Assembly (NCBI GenBank): GCA_964016885.1 | Contig: OZ024754.1 | Coordinates: 35,154,001 to 35,218,000 of the forward strand | DNA length: 64,000 nt | From: Eledone cirrhosa | Lineage: Eukaryota | Direction: 5' to 3' | Shown: positions 1 through 12,907 of the stretch, piece after piece | Layout: each line of letters opens with the position of its first letter | How positions within the stretch are numbered: position 1 is the first letter of the stretch | The notes under the pieces: generated by a model | Databases searched by the model: none | What the model was told of the DNA's origin: nothing | The model's input: the letters and a program-made list of their open reading frames with translations, nothing else | Position numbers and translations under genes: made by a program

Positions 1-246
1 ATATATTATATATTATATATATAATATATAATATATATATATATATATCATTAATATATATTTATATATATATATATATTATATTATATATATCATTAAT
101 ATATTATATATATATATATATATTATATTATATATATCATTAATATATTATATATATATATATATAAATTATATTATATCATTAATATATTATATATATA
201 TATATAAATTATATTATATATATCATTAATATATTATATATATATA

Positions 247-743
247 TAATTATTATAAAATAACAGGAGGCTGGACTGGTGTAATTCCTTAAAGGTTTAT
301 TATACTATGAACATTTCAATGACCGGGTTCAGTATGAATCCGGTGACATCATCAGGTATTCAAAATTTAACAAAGGATTATAATTTAGCAGCTTCTAGTG
401 AGGTCGACCTGACTAGAAGCTGCTAAATGTGTGGCCGCCTTCTTGTCTCTGCCTTTTCAGCCCTATGGATTATATTCCTTTGTTAAATTTCGAATACCCG
501 ATGATGTCACCGGATTCATACTGAACCCGGTCATTGAAATGTTCATAGTAGAATAAACCTTTAAGGAATTACACCAGTCCAGCCTCCTGTTATTTTATAA
601 TAATTAACTCCATACTCGTACCACGAACAACACAAACGAAGATGGGTGAGTTGTATTACGTAGAGTGCTCTCCCTAATATTACATTGAGGTTGACCATAC
701 GGAATGACCAGTTCTATCCAGTGGTGAACCAACAAACCTAAAT
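247..743. mobile_element. Fold-back Penelope-like mini-element with hammerhead motif
   Basis: 138-bp inverted arms 247-384 and 469-606 (about 4 mismatches), inner hairpin 383-429, unique tail 607-743, (TA)n on both sides. Confidence 0.75.
302..359 (-). ncRNA. Type I hammerhead ribozyme-like motif
   Basis: ATAC-CTGATGA-T-gtcACCGG..CCGGTcatt-GAAA-TGTTCA-TA-GTAT followed by AATAAA. The mirror copy at 494-550 (+) has core CCGATGA. Confidence 0.65.
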
Positions 744-3490
744 GAATATACATATATTATATATATATATATATTGTGTATATATATATATATTATATAT
801 ATATATTGTGTATATATATATATATATATATATTGTGTATATATATATATATTATATATATATATATTGTGTATATATATATATTATATATATATTGTGT
901 ATATATATATATTGTGTATATATATATATTATATATATATATATATATTGTATATATATATATATTGTGTATATATATATTATATATATATATATATATT
1001 GTGTATATATATATATTATATATATATATATTGTGTATATATATATATTGTGTATATATATTATATATATATATATATATATATTGTGTATATATATATT
1101 GTGTATATATATATATTGTGTATATATATATATTATATATATATATATTGTGTATATATATATATATTATATATATATATATTGTGTATTTATATATATT
1201 ATATTTATATATATATATAAATATATATATATTATATTATATCATTAATATATTATATATATATATATTATATTATATAATTAATATATTATATATATAT
1301 ATATAATATATATATATGATATAATATATATGTAATATATATACTATATTATATCATTAATATATTATATATATATATATATATGATATAATATATATAT
1401 AATATATATATATAATATATATATATAATATATATATAATATATATATATCATTTATATATATTATATATATCATAAATACATATTTTTGTGCGTGTGTA
1501 TATATATATATACACACACACACTCATATGTGTGTGTTTGTGAAATTGCTTGAAGTAGTCGAGCTCTTTACTTTAATAACATTTTTGTTTTCTTCTACAT
1601 TGCGGGTTGAAATATTTTGCCAGAGTTTCCTTTGATTTCATCATTACAGCATTGAATAAAATAAGTACCAATTAGTTGACTTTTAATTGAGTGGAGAATG
1701 AATTTGTGACTTCATTCAAATATCATCATCATCAACAACATCATTATCAATTTTATCTGTTGAATGCTCTTTCTGGTGCCATTCCTTATTTTTCTTTTGC
1801 AAATGTTACATATTTAATTACTAATTAGTGGGATTTCTGCTTATGTAGGACATTAACTAACATGACTGGCTGTGAAGAGAAGAGACAAACACAGGCACAC
1901 CATCACATGGCACGTTTTCTTACACGGTATTTGTCTTCCAATTTCACTGATAATGCAATAACCATTATGATAATGATGATGATGATTATTTTCGATATTG
2001 GCAAATGATAGAAATTTGAGGGATAGCAGCAGGGAGATTCAATTCAACTAGCTCTCAATAAATGACTGGTATTTATATCTTATCAATTCCAAAAGGTTGT
2101 AAGAAGAATGTTTTAACATGGTGGGCAATTGAACCCAGGATGCAATAGGATGGATTTAACGAAATATTACATGACATTTGGTTTAGATCCTGTAATTATC
2201 AATAATAATAATTTAGGCACAAACAAAGCCAGCATTTTGGTGGAAGGAAAAAGTCAATTAAATCAACCCAGTAGTTGACTGGTACTTATTTTATTAACCC
2301 CAGAAGGATGAAAGACAAAGCTGACCTCAGCAAAATTTGAACTCAGAATATAAAGAGCCATAAAAGCATTTTATCAGACACATTATTGATTTTACCAAAT
2401 GATAAGATAATAATTGCCTTAATGGTCTCTTTATGCAAATGTTTTTTTAAACAAAGCTCTTTAAGATTTTTTTTATTACGGCTGTTAATATAAATCCCAT
2501 TAAAAAATTCAATTCTTTTTTGTCGGTTTTCGATTTGTTTTTCTTCATACATTTTTATATACATTCACCAAAAGACAAAAAAACTTGATATTTTGGGCCT
2601 TGAGACAGACACCAAACATATCATATAAAATGTAAACAAACTACTTTCAGCTGAGCTAAGAATTATTAGCTGCATCATACATGCGACATTTGCCAACTCC
2701 TTTTTGCAGCAGATATTGTCTAACAACTTAAAAGAAAGATTAAAAAAAAAAAACTATTACTTGGTGCACAATGGCTTTTGCTATAGTTGCTATTGTTGTG
2801 AAGAAAAACTAAACAGTGAAGGTCAATAATTTTAAAAATATTAATGAAATGCTTTCTCTTGGCTTGATTCTCCTCAGTAAACAGAACCCCACCTCCCAAT
2901 GAATATGAAAAAAAAAAAAAATAAAGTGTCAAAGAAAACTGAATCCATTATATATATATTTGTTAATGTTTAGCTAGGAAGTGCATGGGAAATGCATATG
3001 ACCCTTTTCAGAGTTTTGGAGCCTAGTGGAGGTGATTGACGGTGCCACAGAAGAAGGTATCATCAAATAGGAGAGATCTGGACACAAATGCTTTCAACAG
3101 TTCTGACTCTGCTAAAGACATCCAAGAGCTAGTTGGTGGACAACGAATTAACTTTAAAACTGGACAATGAATGAACTTTAAAACTCAACATGATATATAT
3201 ATATATATATACATGCATATATATATATACATACATATATATATATATACATATATATACATTTTATATATATATATATTTTTTAAAATTTAATATATAT
3301 ATATGATGGCTGCAAACTCTGCTAAGAGTATTGCAATCGCTTGACAGATTCAGATGTGTGACACTCGGATATGGCTTCTCAAGCCTGCTAGAGACTTGCA
3401 CTCCTTCGCACATTGACAACAACTATGGATCTCCCTGGCCTTAGGTCTTGCATCAGGTTGCTTGTGAACCTTCACAATGCCGTGGAGATC

Positions 3491-3550
<60 letters not shown>

Positions 3551-3626
3551 AAAAATGGAACGGGAACAAAACAGAGAGGCAGTACGAACAAAGGTTTATT
3601 AGTTTCACGCTCTTGAGAGGGGGGGG

Positions 3627-3660
3627 GGCGACGTTTCGGGCGTAAGCCCTTCTTCAGGCG
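3627..3660 (-). ncRNA. Minimal hammerhead ribozyme motif of Penelope type, within the insert 3549-3663
   Basis: GC-CTGAAGA-A-GGGC-TTAC-GCCC-GAAA-CG-TC-GC, with AATAAA about 27 nt downstream. Insert flanked by (TA)n. Confidence 0.75.
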
Positions 3661-3662
3661 AA

Positions 3663-3694
<32 letters not shown>

Positions 3695-3791
3695 GAATTA
3701 CCAACAAATTAAATATCCCTTTTGCTTATATATATATATATTGAAAGGATAACAAGGACGATTGGTTACTCCTTCATTACATTTATTGGTT

Positions 3792-3877
3792 GGTGACGCG
3801 CGTTTCGCCACTGATCAGCTCAAGGTTCGATCTGTATCGATCCTACCCGACTCAATAATCGGCAGCTCGACAGACCC
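3792..3877 (-). ncRNA. Hammerhead-like motif with variant core, within the insert 3742-3885
   Basis: GGT-CTGTCGA-GCTGCC...GTGGC-GAAA-CGCGCG-TC-ACC followed by AATAAA. Palindromic stem III ACGCGCGT. Confidence 0.6.
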
Positions 3878-3887
3878 TTTAAAATGA

Positions 3888-3923
<36 letters not shown>

Positions 3924-4481
3924 CATACATATGCATACATACATGCATATACACACATACATACAGGAACTGATTTTGGCTTGATTTCTACAGCTGGATG
4001 CCCTTCCTAACACCAACCTCATTTACAGTGAGTGCTGGGTGCTTTCTTTCCGTGGTAAAACCCACAATGGAGTAGGAGAACTACTCCATTGTGGGTTTTA
4101 CCTGAACATTGTTGAGGACTGAAGTATTTTTTCACTTTGAAGAGGAGGACCATCTGTTAGGTGCCAGCACCTCTTAGTGAAGTTTGAGTATAAATATAAA
4201 TGGACCTCTGTTAGTTTTCATGACAAATGTTCCAGTTGTTTGATCAATGGATTAGACTACTCATTAAATTAAACTGTAAATGGCTGAGTATTCCTTAGCC
4301 AGGAAGATTCAGCATGACACAGTTTGTGACAAGGCTATTTCTTTGAATTAGAGTTGCAATTCATTTTTTTCCCTCGGCTTTGAGGATTAGAAGAATGTAA
4401 AATAAAGTGTCTTTATTATATAAATATACATATATATATGTATATATATATCATCATCATCATCATCACCTTGCAAAATAA

Positions 4482-4515
<34 letters not shown>

Positions 4516-4660
4516 ACATACATATATATATACATATATATATATATACACACATATATATATATATAGATATTTTGTTTTGCTAGTTTTTGATATGAAA
4601 TCGTGTGTTGAAACAAATATTGCTATATTATTTAGGGAGGGTCAAGTTGTTATAATATTG

Positions 4661-4713
<53 letters not shown>

Positions 4714-4929
4714 CATATGATTCTAAGGACATAATTTATAGTATATATATATATATATATATATATAATCTGTTATAATAAAAGAAAAAAACTTGAAAGT
4801 ACTATTTTCGAAAGGTGTATTGGATTAAAATAAAGAAAATAGGTTTTGATAATTATTTGGAAAATGAAAAAAAATAGTATTATAATTTTCATCTAGTTAA
4901 TTAAATTGAACTAGGAGACAACTACTAAT

Positions 4930-5806
4930 ATAATTTATACTATAGGCACAAGGCCAGCAATTTGGAAGGAAGGGAAAGTCGATTAAATCTGCCTCAGTAT
5001 TCACTGGTGCTTTATTTTATCGACCCAGTAAGGATGAAAGGCAAAGCTAACCTCAGCGGGATTTTGAACTCCGAACATAAAGGGCTGTAACTCTCTGTCG
5101 CGAAGCATGGTGTCTGACACTCTATACTGCCAATAAAGACTGAATGAATAGCAGTAATTTTTATTAGGCAGAAAGTCAATTATTTTGCAAGAAAGAGGGA
5201 AGAATTAACTAAATGCTGTAAAACAGTTTTTCCAGCGTTCTAACTATTTCGGCAGTCCTAGTAATAATTGTTTCTACTATTGGCACAAGACCAGCAATTA
5301 CCCAGTACATTACTGGTACTTTATTTTATCGACCCCGTAAGGATGAAAGGCAAAGTTAACCTCGGCGGGATTTGAACTCAGGATGGAAAGGGCCGTAACT
5401 CTATGCGTCAAAGCATGGCGTCCGACTCTCTACCGATACTGCCAATCCACCGCCCCCTAGTAATAATGGCTTCTACTTTCAGCACAAGGCCAACAATTTT
5501 GTGGGAGGGAAAAGTCAATTAAATCGACCCCAGTACATTACTGGTACTTTATTTATCGAGCCCGCAAGGATGAAAGGCAAAGTTAACCTCGGTGGGATTT
5601 GAACGCAGAACGTAAAGGGCTGAATTCTCTGCAGTCCAGTCCTAGAAATAATAATTGTTTCTACTTTTGGCACAAGGCCAGCAATTACCCAGTGCATTAC
5701 TAGTACTTTATTTTATCGACCCTGTAAGGATGAAAGGCAAAGTTAACCTCAGCGGGATTTGAACTCAGATCATAAAGGGCCATAACTCTTTGCTGCAAAG
5801 CATGGC
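4930..5806 (-). mobile_element. Cluster of four tRNA-derived SINE copies (family A)
   Basis: The minus strand reads GGCGGTGGATTGGCAGTATCGG (box A-like) ... GAGTTCAAATCCC (box B) ... GCCTTTCATCCTTACGGGGTCGATAAAATAAAGTACCAG ... (ATT)n tail. The copy at 5269-5455 has the duplication cctagtaataat. Confidence 0.9.
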
Positions 5807-5897
5807 AATAATAGTAATTATTCTTATTCTTATTTCTCCTGTCCATGATCTTCATGAATAGGATTGATTAGGCAGAGCCAGGTAGGAAATGGAATCT

Positions 5898-6611
5898 TGA
5901 CTGGCAGATGCAAAATCAGTCAGCTGGAATTTACAGAATTTAACTTAACTCGACAGACGGTGGCCCCTGACTTGCACTTGATAGGTTTGCTGCTGAGTGC
6001 TGCATGGCTGGAATGAAAACCAGTGCTGTGAAAACTGAGATATTCCTTCTTTCAAGAAAGCCCAAGCAGTGAACTCTACATGTGAGTGGAGTTCCACTGA
6101 AGCAGGTGGAGAAGTTCAAGTATCTCGGGGTCATGTTCACGAGTGATGGAAGGAAGGAGGCTGAATTAAGTGCAAGAATTGCAGGAGCTAGTGCAGTAAT
6201 GCGCCAGCGTCAGCATTCGGTAATCAGAAGAAGAGAGGTAGGTGTAAAAGCCTGAGCAGTGCACTCTACATGTGAGTGGAGTTCCACTGAAGCAGGTGGA
6301 GAAGTTCAAGTATCTCAGGGCTGTGTTCACGAATGATGGAAGGAAGGAGGCTGAATTAAGTGCAAGAATTGCAGGGGCTGGTGCAGAAATGTGCCAGCTT
6401 CAGTATTCAGTTATCAGAAGAAGGGAGGTAGGTGTAAGAGCTAAAATCACTATCTTCAATTCAGTATTCCTGCCAACCCTTACCTAGGGTCATGAATCTT
6501 GGGTAATGATTGAAAGAATACTATTGGGAATACAAGCAGCCAAAATGAGGTTCCTCTGAAGGGTCTTTGGAGTAATGTTACTCAATAGAGTGCATAGTAT
6601 GGAGATCAGGA
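5898..6611 (+). mobile_element. Decayed RTE-clade LINE reverse transcriptase C-terminal fragment with a 190-bp internal tandem duplication
   Basis: GMKTSAVKTE...LKQVEKFKYLGVMFTSDGRKEAELSARIAGASAVM and FNSVFLPTLT*GHESW, with stops. 6065-6254 is repeated at 6255-6441. Confidence 0.85.
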
Positions 6612-6612
6612 A

Positions 6613-7200
6613 AGCTGATTATATCAACTCCAGATCTTTACTGGTACTTTATTCTATCAACCCCAGAAAAATGAAAGGCAAAGCTGACATCAGTTACATT
6701 TAATAATAATGATTATTTCTATTTTAGGCACAAGGCCAGCAATTACCCAGTACATTACTGGTACTTTATTTTATCGACCCTGTAAGGATGAAAGGCAAAG
6801 TTAACCTCGGCGGGATTTGAACTCAGATCATAAAGTTACATTTAATAATAATAATGGTTTCTGATTTAGGCACAAGGCCAACAATTTTGGGGGAGGGGAA
6901 AGTTGATTAAATCGACCCCAGTACATTACTGGTACTTTATTTTATTGATACAGCAAAGCTGGCCTCAGTAAGATTTCATAATAATAATAATTTCTACTAT
7001 AGGCACAAGGCCAGTAATATTAGAGGAGGGGGAAAGTCGATTAAATCGACTCAAGTGCATTACTGGTACTTAAGTTTATCAACCCTGTAAGGATGAAAGG
7101 CAACGATAACGTCAGCGAGATTTGAACTCACAACATAAAGGGCCATAACTCTATGCTACAAAGCATAATGTCTGATACTCTAATAATACTGCCAATCCAC
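6613..7200 (-). mobile_element. Four partial or complete family A SINE copies
   Basis: Same ggcacaaggccagcaatt / actggtactttattttatcgaccc / aaggatgaaaggcaaag motifs. Confidence 0.85.
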
Positions 7201-7457
7201 AAGATTTTACAGTTATGAGTGAGAACAGATTTGTGTTTTAATCTTGGATTTAGAAAACGGGAATAGTAAGTGAAGCTCAATGTACTATACTTCATAATTG
7301 CATATTTGTAGATAACTTATTGCATCTGGTATAAATCAACAGGAGGGCCTCAGCCTAGCCGTTCAACCTAAATACAAATAGCAGCCTTATGTATGCATTG
7401 AAAGGGGATATTGATAGTAGTTAATTTCGAAGGAAGGGTCAACTTTATGATAGAAAT

Positions 7458-7782
7458 CATCATCATCATCATCATCATTTCATTTTACGTCCGCTTTTCC
7501 CTGCTTGCAAGGGTGAGACGGGAACTGATTCTGGCTTGATTTCTACATCTTAACACCAACCTCATTTACAGTGAGTGCTGGGTGCTTTTTTGGCATGGCA
7601 CCTCCACGACCACTTTGCAGTGGAATGATAAGGACCCCAGTCCCTATCATCTCATTTCTACAGCTGAGTAAACTGGAGCAATGTGAAATAAAGTGTCTTG
7701 CTCAAGGAAACAACACATCACCCGGTCTGAGAATTGAACTCACAACCTTGCGATTGCAAGGCCAATGCGCTAACCACTAAGC
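7458..7782 (-). mobile_element. tRNA-derived SINE (family B) with (GAT)n tail
   Basis: The minus-strand head GCTTAGTGGTTAGCGCATTGGCC...GTGAGTTCAATTCTC has box A/B, followed by CTTGAGCAAGACACTTTATTTCACATTGCTCCAG. Related pieces at about 3965-4050, 7855-8070, 30396-30717, 33100-33155, 34055-34550, 47112-47380, 52593-52840 and 58215-58330. Confidence 0.8.
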
Positions 7783-9302
7783 TAGAAATGTTGACAAAGT
7801 AATGTAGAAACAATTGCAGCATCTGTCAGAGAACTATCACAGTTTCCTCATGCATCCTCATCATTATCATCACAATTTTATATCAACCTTCCATGCTGGC
7901 TTGGGTTGGACAGTTATGATGGCTCAAATGAATTTATCATTTAGAGCTACTGTCTTCATAGACTGGTTACAGGACCATGTTTCACCCATATCTTCAAATT
8001 TTGAGTTGGTTTCTACAGTTGGATACCCTTCTTAACACCAATAGCTTTACAATGTGTGCTGGGTGCATTCTATCATGATACAAGCACTAGAGAGGTTGTC
8101 ATGTCCTCTCTATGTTAACTCTTTTCAACCACCAAATACTTTACAGAGTGTATAAAGTGCATTTGTCATGACACCAACACTAAAGAAGTTACCTTGTTCT
8201 GAACAAGACTAAAAAGTTCTCTCTATTCTACATTGTAAAGTATTTGGTAATTGAACACAGATAGAGTGTACAGGGTGTATATGCTGTGACACTGACACTA
8301 GAGAGGTTGCCTTGTGCTTTGCAAGCCTATGGAGTCTTCAGCATTTTACATATTCTTTTTTCTTTCAAGGCAAACATGACTTGAAGTAAAATTTTAAGAA
8401 TATTTTTGTTGCACAATAAAACTGACTTTAATGTAGATCATTGGAAATCTTAAAATAGTATGTTTTGGAGTGTAAATGAACTTAGAGACTTCTTTCTAAT
8501 TTAACTAAGACAGAATTGGTTTGATTTCTACTCAAAGATAAATGAAAATGGCTGAATAGGAGTCTTCTGTCTCATGAAAGCATTCATCAAAACTAAAAAA
8601 AAAAAGACTATGTCTTGATAATTAAAAAGTGTAAAACAAAATAATCTAAAATTCTAAAACTATAGAAGCAAAATAGTCAAGTATGACCGGTGAGAAACTT
8701 ATGTTGCTAAAATAATAGTATAAAATAATATCGAAACTGCTCCATATGGAAAATGGTAAAATGAAGAATGAATACTGTTCATTTTCTGCTCAAGTATTTT
8801 GCTGTATTTTCTTTGGAATATAAACTCCGTATAAATGATTCAATATGAGAGGATGAAATAATTAATAATAAAAAAAAAAATATTAATAACAATAATAGTC
8901 ACATAGCCATTAAATGTAATGCAAATGTGAATATCTATAGCAAAGTACTGTTTAATTTTATTGTTGTTTACCTCAGATAACATCGGAAAGCACTTGTGTG
9001 AAGCAAGTAGTGTAAAAGAAATATAATTATAGAAAACAAAATTGTGAGAAACCTTAATTGAATTACAATTCTGTAATTATGATTAGACAATTTTTTTGTT
9101 TCATTCTGTTTATCATTTTCCGCAAAAGTAATAATTATGTTTAATATCGAGATGAAAATTATGAAAAGATTTTGATGTATTTCATCATGGGGTAACTATT
9201 TTTCAGAGAGGTTGATGTATGGATATACAAAAAATGAAAGTATTAAATACATTTTATATGGCTGCTGGAGTGACATTTCATACATACAGACATACGTAAC
9301 TG

Positions 9303-9350
<48 letters not shown>

Positions 9351-9438
9351 TATATATATATTTATATGTCATACTCATCAAATACAACATGAATTAGAGA
9401 TATAAACAAATTAGATGTCGCACACACACACACATATG

Positions 9439-9479
<41 letters not shown>

Positions 9480-9481
<2 letters not shown>

Positions 9482-9873
9482 GTTAAGTGTGTAACAACGG
9501 CTACAGGCGGCGTGCCGTTCAAAGCACTCAATGCTGTTATGAGGCCTACCTCGTTTGGGTTGTATTCCAGTGTTACAGCTGTAGTATGTAGAGTGTTAAT
9601 AGATTTAAAAGAGTTGAAATCAGTGTCACAGCATATGTACAAACTTTATTTGCATATTACAATTGTTTCTATATCGATCAGCTCAGGGTACAATCAAGGG
9701 GACGGGGCCCAACTCTTTTTCAACATCTTGTCAGATATGTGAGCTTATATGTGCAATTCTAAACTTGATTGTACCCTGAGCTGATCAATATCAAGACAAA
9801 TGTATAATATGCAAATAAAGTTTGTACATATGCTGCAATACTGACTTCTACTCTTTTAAATCTATATCAACAC
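9480..9873 (-). mobile_element. Fold-back Penelope-like mini-element with decayed hammerhead (9653-9739, minus)
   Basis: Inverted arms at about 9593-9698 and 9764-9873. Minus strand CATAT-CTGACAA-G...GAAA-CAATTG-TA-ATATG followed by AATAAA. Flanked by (GT)n and (CA)n(TA)n. Confidence 0.65.
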
Positions 9874-9981
9874 ACACACATATATATATATATATATATG
9901 TATATACAGATATATATACATATATGTATATTCTCTACACCAACTATATATAATGAAGAACACACATGCATGCATGCATGC

Positions 9982-10024
<43 letters not shown>

Positions 10025-10350
10025 CAAAAGAATGTTATGATATATGTACCTGTGAAAAACTTGAATAATATAATATATAAGTATATAGTTACAATGCCAA
10101 TAACAAGTAATGAATTATTTTTAGCATAAATTTTAGCAGTTTATATTGTCCAAAATGGCTGTTAAGATATTTTGGCAAGTCATGTAATATATTTCTCATT
10201 AAAGCTTACAAAATGTTTAACCAATCTTATAGATTTTGATGAAAATAAAATGATTAAAATTAGTAAGATAAGGGTAAAATCTTAACCTAATGTTCATTGG
10301 GGATCAGTTTAAACCTTTTGATACCAACCCAGTAGAGACAGTCTCTGGAT

Positions 10351-10738
10351 TTTCTTCTTTGCCCAATTATTCCTGGGCGGGTTGGAGGAGTAGAGTCCTA
10401 AGACAATCCATCCAGAGGCTCCTATCAAATGCAGCTGTCTCCAATTGATCTGGCTGGATTCTCAAGCAAGACCAGATTAGCTAATGGATGTTATCAAACC
10501 ATCTTGTTCGAGGTCTACTCCTGGGTTTCCTGTCAGTTGGTTTTGCCCATAAAATCTGTCCAGTGATTCTTTTCTAAGACATTCTAACCACATGTTTATA
10601 ATATCGGAGCTGTGATCTCTCAATTGGGAGAAGTAGCAGCTCTACCAGGAGCAACTCTCTGATATACATACCCTTTCAAGGAACATTTTGACCACTTGCG
10701 TTTGTGATTGTATTCTTTTCGTCATTATCCAATCTTGG
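10351..10738 (-). mobile_element. 5'-truncated RTE LINE 3' end inserted in a TTAA MITE
   Basis: Reverse complement of the RTE end at 42935-43316. 10-bp duplication gtctctggat at 10341-10350 and 10739-10748. Confidence 0.8.
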
Positions 10739-10883
10739 GTCTCTGGATCTATTGTACAAAACTATCTAAATTTGAGCATTCCATTCCAATTTTAGGAAAG
10801 AATTCTTTGTTAAGTTCTTTCTGAGACATCATATCAGAAATTTAAAAATTGATTATTTTATTAAACCCCCTCTAACTTCTTTG

Positions 10884-11163
10884 AATTGAGAAATCACAGC
10901 TCCGATATTATGGGCATGTGGTTAGAATGTCTCAGGAAAGAATCGCTAGACAGATTTTACAGGCAAAACCAACCGGGTTAGAGACCCAGAGGTAGACCCC
11001 GAGAAAGATGGTTCGATAGCATCCATGAGTTTGGCTGGTCTCACTAGGGGATCCAGCCAGATCAACTGGAGATGGTTGCTTCTGACAGGACCTGCTGGAA
11101 GGAGTGTTTGAGGACTGTGCCCCACAGCACTCTCAGGAATAAGTGGGTGAAGAAGAAGAAGAA
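10884..11163 (+). mobile_element. RTE LINE 3' end with (GAA)n tail
   Basis: IEKSQLRYYGHVVRMSQERIARQIL...PRGRPRERWFDSI, ending gaataagtgggt(gaa)n. Confidence 0.85.
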
Positions 11164-11939
11164 GGAAAATATATATTTTTAGAAATAAATAATTAATTTA
11201 GAGTACTTATGTAAATGATTGAAGAAGACAAAGGGAAATGAAATACAATTTCAGGTTATTAAACAATATCCTGGAATTAAGTATTTTACAATAATGAAGA
11301 ATACCACTTAAGAAAATTACAGGTAAATGAACTTTTGATTTTAACTTTTTAAAAACATCTTTACAAACCATTTTGAAGGACAATATATAGTTGAAGAATA
11401 CTAAAGTAAACCTGCTGCCAAGTGAGAATGTTGGAATTAGAACTTGCAATAATAATCTTAATTCAAAGCAAACAAACAATCTTAGGCCCTCCTCCAGAAC
11501 TACACACTCTTACCAAGTTTTTGTAGTGCTCCATTTTGTTTCACTTATTTTTATGAAACTTAATTTAAAAATGTTTTAATTTTCAACTTTTATTGTTTAC
11601 CCCAAACTAGAATTATTTTTAATTAGTTCACAAAAACAATTTCCTGTAAAACAATACAACCTTTATAAGAGAGAGAGAAAAAAAAATTCTGAACAATTTT
11701 ACTGTTCTATTAGAATATTTGATTCCAATGAATTTTAAATTTGGTAAAGTGGCAAACTCATTCCGAATGAAAGGATTCTTGAATCAATTTAAATTAAAAC
11801 GATGTAAAGATTCTTAGCTTTAAGCTGCAATTGACTTAAAGACAGATGAAGAATAAAAAAAATATTGCATAGACTTACACCTGAATATAAGCACATCATT
11901 GTGGTATCTGCTCTTGGTTTGGTAATAAAAACAAAGTTT

Positions 11940-12143
11940 GTGTGTGTGTATATATATATATAATATATATATATATGTATACACGTATATGTATGTATGC
12001 ATATAAGAATTTTTATATATATATACATATATATTCATATATATACATACATATACATATATATAGACATATATATATATATAGACATGCATTTATATAC
12101 ATATATACATATATATATATACACACATACATACACACACATG

Positions 12144-12178
<35 letters not shown>

Positions 12179-12359
12179 GTATATATATATACATTTATAT
12201 ATATACATACATGTATATATATATATATACATACATACATGTATATATTATATATACATACATACATGTATATATTATATATACATACATACATGTATAT
12301 ATTATATATACATACATACATGTATATATTATATACATACATGTATATAGTATATACAA

Positions 12360-12444
<85 letters not shown>

Positions 12445-12873
12445 TACATATATATATATATATAAATATATTTATGTATATTTATATCAATTATATATAT
12501 ATATATATATATTTATATATGAATGCATATGACTTAGTAGATAGAGCATTGGGCTTGGAATCATGAGGTTGTGAGTTCGATTCTCAGACTGGCTGATGTG
12601 CTGGGTCCTTGAGCAAGATTCTTTATTTTCACATTGCTCCACTTTACTCAGTTGTATAAATGAGTCACTGGTGCCAAGCTGTATCAACCTTTACCCTTCC
12701 CTTGGACATCAGTGGTGTGGAGATGGGGAGACTGGTATGTATGGGGGACTGGTGGTCTTCCACAAACAACCTTGCCCAGACTTGTACCTTGGAGGAGAAC
12801 TTTATAGGTGCACATTACATGGTCATTCAAGACCAAACGGTGTCTTTACCCTTTATATATATATACATAAATA

Positions 12874-12907
<34 letters not shown>

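Larger units (their letters stand above)
1..1490. repeat. (TA)n-derived microsatellite block with TATTGTG/TCATTAA variants, interrupted by the element at 247-743
   Basis: Direct reading. Confidence 0.95.

Noticed and set aside
3305-3490. Unique island in (TA)n as another hammerhead element
   Set aside because: No paired CTGANGA/GAAA core found on either strand by eye. The same applies to the islands at 17863-17955 and 54314-54412.
11873-11915. Minus-strand ttcag-GT-gtaagt, a possible micro-exon or recursive splice site
   Set aside because: No good polypyrimidine tract and no frame-preserving exon with recognisable channel sequence.
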